DNA of 64,000 nucleotides from Octopus sinensis (lineage: Eukaryota), in the NCBI RefSeq assembly GCF_006345805.1, contig NW_021833439.1:18987-82986 (forward strand), written 5' to 3'. This document shows positions 54,629 through 64,000 of this stretch, one piece after another (the stretch's first letter is position 1; every line of letters begins with the position of its first letter). Below the pieces are notes generated by a model, which was not told where the DNA came from, made no database searches, and saw only the letters and a list, made by a program, of their open reading frames with translations. The position numbers and the translations under genes are program-made.

Positions 54629-56215
54629 TATATATGCGACATATTTCTTTTAGTTTCTGTCTACCAAATTCACTCACGAGTCTTTGTTCGGGTCTGAGAT
54701 ATAGTAGAAGACGATTGATGCAGGTACCTGGCAATGACACTGAACTCAATGCCACATCACATGCTCGGCAAGCAAGTTTCTTTACACAATGTCAGTGACT
54801 TCGTACGCTACAGAATCAGATATATTTTAATTACTTCGTACTACAGAATAGAGTTGCTTTTAATTTCTTAGTATATTTTTAAAGGCAGGAAATAATATCT
54901 AGGTTACTTATTGACATTCGGTAACCTGTAGATACAGTTGTCTGTACAGGAGACTTGTATTGTGTATGCTGGTATAATTTTCTAATACATTTTCCTACTT
55001 ACACATAATTTTCAAAAACTAATAGAACAACGGTTTGACAATTAGTTATCAACCAATATGGCGTTCAATATTCAAACCAGACAGGCAGTCCGACATTTTA
55101 TGAAATTTTCGCTTTGGAGAGACGGGTTCAACCAGGCTGTTATTTGTTTTAGTTATAGAATAGGAGAAAATAAAGAATTTAAACGTTGACATTTACAAAG
55201 CCAATGAGAGATAAACACATATACATGTACAATCTTACGTACGTCTCACGCACAGACAGTCACACATACATATAGATGTATTCGTGTAGTGATACATGTA
55301 TTCGTTTTGTCATACACACGAATTCACTACCAGAGAAAACTACCAGATCATGTGATGAGAATGTACAAGACATACGCATAAATTCATATGGAAGAAAGAG
55401 GAAAATAAAAAATATAAAAAAAACAGAAACAAACAATAAGAAAAACAAGCCAAACAAAATCTTTCTGCTGTCAGAATTCTAACAAAAGAGCCTGGTTACT
55501 TTCAATGTGAACGATTCTTGTTCATTTTTGTAAAGGGAAAAAATTTTCTCGATGAATATTATTAAGAAAACGTACAGACACTCTCTCTCTCATACACACA
55601 CATATACATATACGTATCCATACATGCATACATACGCACATACAGACAGGCAGACAGACGTATACAAAAGCTAAGTTTTGAATTAATAAATGAAAAAAGC
55701 ATTAGAAACAACAGATATCAGAAATATTGATTGCGTGCTAGTAAAGTTAATTATAACTAGGAAAAATTCCTAGCTCTTGCTGATTCTAGCGGCAAAAAGC
55801 CATTTTTACTTTTGATCAATACGTTAATACATTTATATGAGAATCACTGACAGACATTTCAAAGTGATTTCTTGACATAGATTCCTTTATAGAATTTACC
55901 ATTGCGTCTTTATCAATAGAATTCTCCTCATATGCAAATTATGCTTAGGGTCAGAGAGGTAGATAAGGGTGTGGGTGAGTGTGTATATATATATATATAT
56001 ATATAGTAACATATTTAATTGTGTATATATATTCATGTATATATGAATGTGCGTGTGTTTATTAGCGTATATATGCGTATATATATGCACGTATCTTTGT
56101 ATTTACGTGTGTGTGTGTCTTTAAGTACGATCTCATAAGAATCAATGGATTGGTATGTGATTGTGTATATTCTTCTTGTATTTGTATTCAAGTACGTGTA
56201 TATATGTGTTTGCAA

Positions 56216-56302
<87 letters not shown>

Positions 56303-56303
56303 A

Positions 56304-56356
<53 letters not shown>

Positions 56357-57186
56357 CTTATATGTGTACATTTGTATATATATATATATATATATATACA
56401 CAAAACTTCCGATTATATCGCCCTTTAACACATAAGTAATCGTATATTAAAACCATCGTATACAAGACACACCGTCACTCGCATATATAAATGCGCGTGT
56501 ACACAAACACACGTCTGCGTGCGTATATTATGGATAGATTTGTGCGAGTGTGTTGTATCCGTAATTAACGTTTATCGTTTTCCCATTGGCAAACATCCAT
56601 TGAAATGATTGTTAGCTCCAGTTTTGATATTGGTGAGGAATAACTCACCCCTGGTTACAATGCTCGTTGATAAAAGATTGCTTATAAAAGAAAAAAGAAT
56701 TTCAATTCGTAATTAATATTGCATAAAATGGCAGTTATTCATCAAGTTTATGCAGTGTATATATTTCTTAAATTAAGAGATGATTTCATCCGTTGTAATT
56801 TATACAGGGTCAGCAAGAGCGCCCCGACATAGTCGAGGATCAGTAGTTTTATTTGCTTCAAACATCTATTGGAAAATGTAATCCTTTAACTGAGCCTGGT
56901 GAAAATATCGACGTAGCCGGGAAAAGTTTTACCTGCTCTTTGCTAGATCGGGTTTGACCTTAACGAAATCCATGACAAAAGCAACAAAAAGAATTTAAAG
57001 TTATCTGAGCCAATGTTCGTTTAATCTGATATAACAAGGAGCTAAATTTTCCTTAAACTATACAATATATCGGATAAAATATTTGTTAAAATGATGGCGC
57101 AGCTATAGCTTCAATGTATTTTGATTATAACTGTGCTTAGTATAACTGACCAAGTGTTAAACAACAACGAGTGGAGGCAGCTATCC

Positions 57187-57830
57187 TTTTCTACTCTAAG
57201 CACAAGGCCCGAAATTTTGGGGGAGGAGGCCAGTTGATTAGATCGACCCCAGTATGCAACTGGTACTTAATTTATCGATGAAAGACAAAGTTGACCTCGG
57301 GGGAATTTGAACTCAGAACATAAAGACGGACGAAATACCGCTAAGTATTTCGCCCGACGTCCTAACCCCTCTGCCACCTTGCCTTCCTATTCGGTTCATT
57401 GTCGTAAGCATGTTAGTTAACATCACGGTGGCAAGACATTTCCCTTCACGTTGCTCCTGTCCCCTCAGCTGGCAAAAGTGAGTAGTATCTATATTTCAGA
57501 GGTCCAGCCTTATCACATTCTGTGTCACGCTGAATCCCACCGAGACCTACGTTAAAGGGACGCATATCTGTGGAGTGCCCAGCCTCTTTGCACGTTAATC
57601 TTACTAACAGGCTGTTCTTATGATCGGATCAAATGATATGTGCTTGACAACCGATGGTAGTGTGATTACGTCCCCATAATCTAGCGGTTCGGCAAGGAGA
57701 GACCGATAGAATAAGTACCAGGTTTACAAAGAAAATGTCCTAGGGTCGATTTGCTCGACTAACGGCGATGCTCCAGCATGGCCGCAGTCAAATGACTGAA
57801 ACAAGTAAAAGAGTAAAAAGAGTAAAAGAG
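57187..57830. mobile_element. SINE cluster: family D (-, 57187-57385), family B with body Z (+, 57425-57640), family C 3' half (+, 57640-57830)
   Basis: Each segment matches other copies in the window. Confidence 0.8.
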
Positions 57831-58800
57831 ACTACAGCTTAATGATGATAATTATGCATTTATATAGTTAAAGCTTACGCCTCTTAAGTTCTTGGTTTTC
57901 GCATAAACTTCAAAATTAATATATTTTTGATGAAGTTCATTAAATTTGTGTGTACGTGTGTGCCTACTCTTGCGCGCTTGTGCGCGTGATATGTGTGTAT
58001 TTACACATATACACGTATGTGCATGTATATGTGTAATGAGAGAACGTTGGTGGTGTGCGTGCGTTTTCGTTTATTTATATACAGTAGGTGATATTAAATT
58101 TCTATTGATCGAATCTATCTTAATTAGAAATAGAAAGTTCTAAGGTGATATAGATTATCGAACCGCGTAGGTCTCTGATTGGCTAACAGACAGCCAATCT
58201 TAACACTTAATGGTAATGTGTCTCGCTCGCCTTCGCTACTGTTCTGTGAATCATTAAATAAAGATTCATTTTTGCTTAACTATCTTCTGACTGTTTGTGC
58301 AAACGAAAGATAGGATACAGTATCCAATAAAAATGATTTGATCTGGGTGAATTTTTCTCATATACCTCATACACCTAATGGTGTGTTTGCATGTATACAT
58401 GCTTACATGCATGCATGTATGTATATATGCATGTGTGTATGCATGTATGCATGTGAGTATGCATGTATGTATATATATGTGTGTGTGTATATGTATGTAT
58501 GCATGTGTGTATGTATGCGTGTGTATATATGTATATATATATATATATTCACACGTGTGTATGCGTTTATGGATATTTTGAGATATGTGTGTGTGTACAT
58601 GTATATATATATATGTGTGTGTGTGTGTGTATGTGTGCATGTGTATGATATACATATATACACAAATATATGCATATGTATGCATATATATATATATGAA
58701 TATATATATATATAATATATATTATATATACATACGTATGTATACACAACTATCTATCTACGTGGTAGGTGTGTGTGTGCGTGTGTACGTTGTGTGTGTG

Positions 58801-58835
<35 letters not shown>

Positions 58836-59454
58836 TTGAAAATTTATTTTTCAGAAAGTCAACTAAAACTTTTGGAACAATACAGCATCATTTATAATTG
58901 TTTATAAATAGTGCAGATATAAGCATTTCGGTAAATTATGAAAATAAACGTTTGAAGCTGATACGAAAAGTGGAGTTATAACTTTTTAAATTAAATGGAA
59001 TCTGTTGGATAATAAAACTGACTGTTGAGAAAAAAAAAGAAAAAAATATATATATATAAGAGCATCAGTAATATTCAAAATCATGATAGGTAAATAAAAC
59101 TAAATGTGCCTCCAGCATGGCCACACCTAATGAGCTGAAACAAAAAAAAGATAAAAGGTAGGACATACCAAATTCGCTTTTCACCATGGTAATAGATATT
59201 AAAATTTCAACATTTATTAATATTGCATTGTTTCAAAAGTTCATATCTGTCTGATGAGCGGATAAAAGTTTACGAAGTACGAAATTTTCCAGCCTTAATA
59301 AAAAGCATTATATTTTATTCTATCTTAGGTATTCGCATACTATTTTCTCCAATTTATATTACACCCATGCGCTCTATGCAGACAGGTAAACACGCACATA
59401 AATACATACGAGTGTGTGATGTATCTGTGTATGTGTGTGTGTATACGTTTGTGT

Positions 59455-59842
59455 ATCTGTTTGTCCCCGCAACATCGCTTGACAACCGATGCTCGTGTGT
59501 CTTCTACTATAACCTCGGGCCCACCAAGCCTTGTGAGTGGATTTGATAGACGGAAACTGAAAGAAACTCATCGTATGTATGTACTATATATATATATATA
59601 TATATTATATATATGTATATATATATATATATATATTTATATGTGTGTGTGTGGTGTGTTTGTGTGTCTGTGTTTGTCCTCCCCAACATCGCTTGACAAC
59701 CGATGCTGGTGTGTTTACGTCCCCGTAACTTAGCGGTTCGGCAAAATAGACCGATAGAATAAGTCCTGGGGTCGATTTGCTCGACTAAAGGCGGTGCTCC
59801 AACATGGCCACAGTCACATGACTAAAACAAGTAAGAGTAAAC
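59455..59842 (+). mobile_element. Rearranged family C SINE with internal re-entry
   Basis: 3' module start is followed at ~59500 by CTTCTACTATAACCTCGGG of the 5' module, then a complete 3' module. Confidence 0.8.
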
Positions 59843-59908
59843 ATATATATATATATATATATATCATACATACACACACATCTATCTATATATATCTATA
59901 TCTCTCTC

Positions 59909-59983
<75 letters not shown>

Positions 59984-60699
59984 TATATATATATATATAT
60001 ATATATACGATGGGCTTTTTTCAGTTTCCGTCGTTATGGGAGAAGACACATGCTCAAGCAACCACAAGGAGGGATTGAAACCAGAATCATGAGGTTCGGA
60101 AGTAAGCTTCTTACTACACAGCCACGCATGCACGTATATATGTATGTATATATGTATGTATATATGTATATATATGAATATATTCTAACCATGCTTATCT
60201 GAGTATCGCATTGATTTTGCATTTTTTTGTAAATATATGTGGTTGTTTGTAAGTAAACACGACGTAATTAGAAGCGAGCAAAGGAAAACTAATTGGTGAA
60301 ATAAATAAAACAAAAATATATAAAAAAAGGAATATCAAAAGAGTTAATAGATAACAATGGCGTACAAACTGGAAATTAGCAACGTTGAAGAAGAGTCGCT
60401 AAAAGATAAGGACAAAATCAGGGAAATGGATAAAAAGTGAAAGAACGTGTAAAGGAAAGAGACAAAATAGAAAATAGAAGCGAGATTCCAAAGTATGCTG
60501 ATAAAAATAATGAATAGAAGAACCGTTCAATGGTCCTTGTATCTTAAGACTTGATGGAGTAGTTAGCCTGAATGAAAGCCTGAAGACAAAGGAAACGCTT
60601 TTAGGCTAAGAAGAGAGAAGCAGAAGGCCTTGTTTTTGCCTCAAAAGCTAATGCTTAGTCACAAGCAGCTATAAATAAAAATTATTTTTTTATTCGTTT

Positions 60700-60960
60700 T
60701 ACGGGTTTCAGTTATTTGACTTCGGCCATGCTGGAGCAATTGCCTTCGAGTGTTTTAGTTTTAGGGGGAATCGACTCCAGGACTTATTCTTTGTAAGCCT
60801 AGTACTTCTGATAAACGGGGTGTAAGCCTAGAACTTATTCTATCGGGTCAATTTTGCCGAACCGCTAAGTTACGGAGTAGTAAACGCACCAACGCAGGAT
60901 GTCAAGCGGCGATGGGGGGGGGGCAAAGACAGACACTAAAACAGACACACACATATGTGT
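60700..60960 (-). mobile_element. Family C SINE 3' half
   Basis: TTGACTTCGGCCATGCTGGAGC...CCGAACCGCTAAGTTACGG. Confidence 0.8.
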
Positions 60961-61001
60961 GTGCGTATGTATACATGTGTGTGTGTGTGTGTCTGTGTTA
61001 C

Positions 61002-61034
<33 letters not shown>

Positions 61035-61357
61035 AGATGAAAAATATATATAAAATTAAATTAAAATTGAGATTTTGAAGAAGATTTTCTTGTTAACAAG
61101 TGTGGTGAATATATATGTGCGTCATACGAAAACGAATTATCGCGGTTTCGTGAATTTTTAGATCCTCATCAATCCCATATCTTACGGTAATTTCTTAATG
61201 AAAATTAAATGCAAAGATGGTTGGACATCTCAATGTGAAGTTAGTTTTGACTGGTTCTCAAGTGACAACCAATGGCTTTTTCAGGTGGTGTAGTTAAGCC
61301 GTTTGGCGAAGCTGAAAGTAGCATTCCTAACTATCTGTCTGTGTGTCTGTCTGTTTG

Positions 61358-61439
<82 letters not shown>

Positions 61440-61475
61440 AATCAATCAATGTATCTATCTATCTATCTAATCTAA

Positions 61476-61510
<35 letters not shown>

Positions 61511-61731
61511 ATATCTGACTGTCAGTTTGTCTGTCTGTCTGTCTATGTATATATATATATATCTATATATGCATGTATGTATATCTCTATCTATCTGTAA
61601 GTCAGTGTGTGTGTCTGTATATCTATCAAACATCGGTTAGAGAATGAATTAGAGTGGAGTAGGTAGGAGAGCGCAAAAGAGTTAGAGAAAGCGAACGGGG
61701 GAGAGAGTGAAAGAGTTAGAGAAGGCGAATA

Positions 61732-61766
<35 letters not shown>

Positions 61767-61879
61767 AAGAGAGAAAATGTCAGATGCAGATGTCGGTTGC
61801 GTGGTGATAGAGTTTTAACAACAGTTTAATAATCACCGTAATGAATACGTTTGATGAAATGACACGTCTTCTCAAGCAT

Positions 61880-61927
61880 TGTCAAAATATTGATATATAT
61901 ATACATATATATCACATACATATATTC

Positions 61928-61969
<42 letters not shown>

Positions 61970-62200
61970 TTCCTTTACTCTTTTACTCGTTTCATACATA
62001 TATAAAAATGTGTGTGTACGCATGGTGTATGTATGTAGGATGTATGTATATATAATATATATATATATATATATTATATATCTATATAATATATATATAT
62101 AATGTATATATATATGTATGTACGTATATATCAAAACATTCTATCAGCTGTTAACACATTTGCAATTAAGCCACAGAGCGATCGATTTTACAAAAAAAGG

Positions 62201-62272
<72 letters not shown>

Positions 62273-62290
62273 TGTGGTGTGTATATATAT

Positions 62291-62322
<32 letters not shown>

Positions 62323-62510
62323 TATGCAGTATGTATGTATGCATGTATGTATATATGTGTGTATATATATATATGTATGTATATTGCGTGTATATAATTA
62401 AAATTCATCTATGCATATACACATATGCACACAAATATACACACATCTTTATGTATACATACATACATACATATACAACATACATATATATGTGTATATG
62501 TATCCGTTAA
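61880..62510. repeat. (TA)-dominated compound microsatellite region
   Basis: Direct. Confidence 0.9.
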
Positions 62511-63295
62511 TATATACAGACATTACGATAATATGATAGATTGATTCTTTATTTCGGAATAAGATGAGAGTTTTAAAAAAAAATCAACACACCCAAAAAA
62601 CAAAAATACTAGAAGAAAAAAAAAAGATTCGAAATTCGGATAATAAACATTTGTCTTGAAGTACAAAAGTAATCAATCATCGAGTTTTGTGCCCAGAAAA
62701 TCGTTTATTTATTTTTTTCGTTACCATTATCATTATTATTATTGTTTTTTTTTTTTGGCATTTTCCTTTTTATTTCATTTTATTTATTTTCTGTTGCGCT
62801 TTTTTTTCTTCTTCTCTTGTTTTGATTTTTAAATATTTCTAATAACTTAACTCTGGCTTAAAGATTTCATCATTAGTGCTGTACCATTGGGTATTGATAG
62901 GATGGTAAATTAATATTGATTTCATTTGTGTTCAATCTTGTCTTTCACGATATTCAATCCTTTAACTGTCATAACGTTGAATGTCATTTAGACAGGATAA
63001 TCTATACAAATTTAAATATAGCCGCTACTTATGGCTTTCATCATGTTTCGCTGTAGTTCTTGTTGTTCTTGTGGTGGGTGTGATATTGATGTTGGTGTTT
63101 GTGTCAGCAGTGATGGTAATGGTGATGGTGATGATGATGGTGGTAGTGTTTTGTTTTACAGAATACAATATACTTGTAATTTTTATATTTTTGGTGTTTT
63201 AGATATTTATGCGTAAATGATATGTGCAATAAGATTTACTATTGGCTTTCGTTTACGTTATAGACATAGACAGGCCTATCTATCTATTACATACA

Positions 63296-63355
<60 letters not shown>

Positions 63356-63450
63356 TAATATATATAACATATATATATATATTATATATATGAATATATA
63401 TGTATATAGATATATACACATGTTTATATATGTACATATAATATATAACA

Positions 63451-63501
<51 letters not shown>

Positions 63502-64000
63502 GATATTCATAAATACAGGTATATCGATTATTTGTATGTATATGTAAATGTATATATATATGCGTGTGTGTATGTGTATGCATATCGTTTGTTTATCTTA
63601 CACACACACGCACAAACACAAACACAAGAACACACACATACTTATATATGTAGTATATGTACATCTATATTATCTATCTATATTATATATATGTATATAT
63701 ATATATTTAATATACACACCATGCAGTTTCTGAAATTTAGGGAAGAGCTTTAGTCCATTTAAAAAGACCCCAGTATTTAACCTTTGGCGTAGTTGCTGTG
63801 TCTTATGATGTCAGGTATAGTGAAAACACTAAATACACATAGAAACTTTTGTATTTCCCGCTCCGTGTATTTATTCGGTCTAATGATAAAGCTTAACTTG
63901 TAAAATTTCGGAGTATGTAAAAGCCAGAAGAACATTGTTTAAGCGGAGGTTACGCTAATGATATTATAATATTTCAGACTAAATTCATTAGTAAAAAGAA

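Overview
AT-rich eukaryotic genomic DNA, most likely from an octopus or other coleoid cephalopod; this is inferred from the repeat families and microsatellite density and not verified. It is intronic or intergenic in character, and no protein-coding gene can be identified with confidence. Almost all ORFs in the supplied track are translated microsatellites or SINE sequence. The window holds dozens of tRNA-derived SINEs in about four modular families, three LINE 3' fragments (one with an intact CR1-type RT C-terminal frame), several DNA-transposon MITEs (Merlin-like, pogo/Tigger-like, mariner-like), a non-autonomous Helitron, and a 1.14-kb near-identical tandem duplication. The most interesting signal is a recurring set of short, often palindromic insertions inside (TA)n tracts. 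These carry minimal type I hammerhead-ribozyme-like motifs with variant cores and palindromic stem III, the hallmark of Penelope-like retroelement/retrozyme ends. Also notable are head-to-tail SINE multimers with fixed junctions, and a foldback element with a telomeric-repeat core. All analysis was by eye, and most boundaries are approximate to within about 10-20 bp unless termini or TSDs are quoted.
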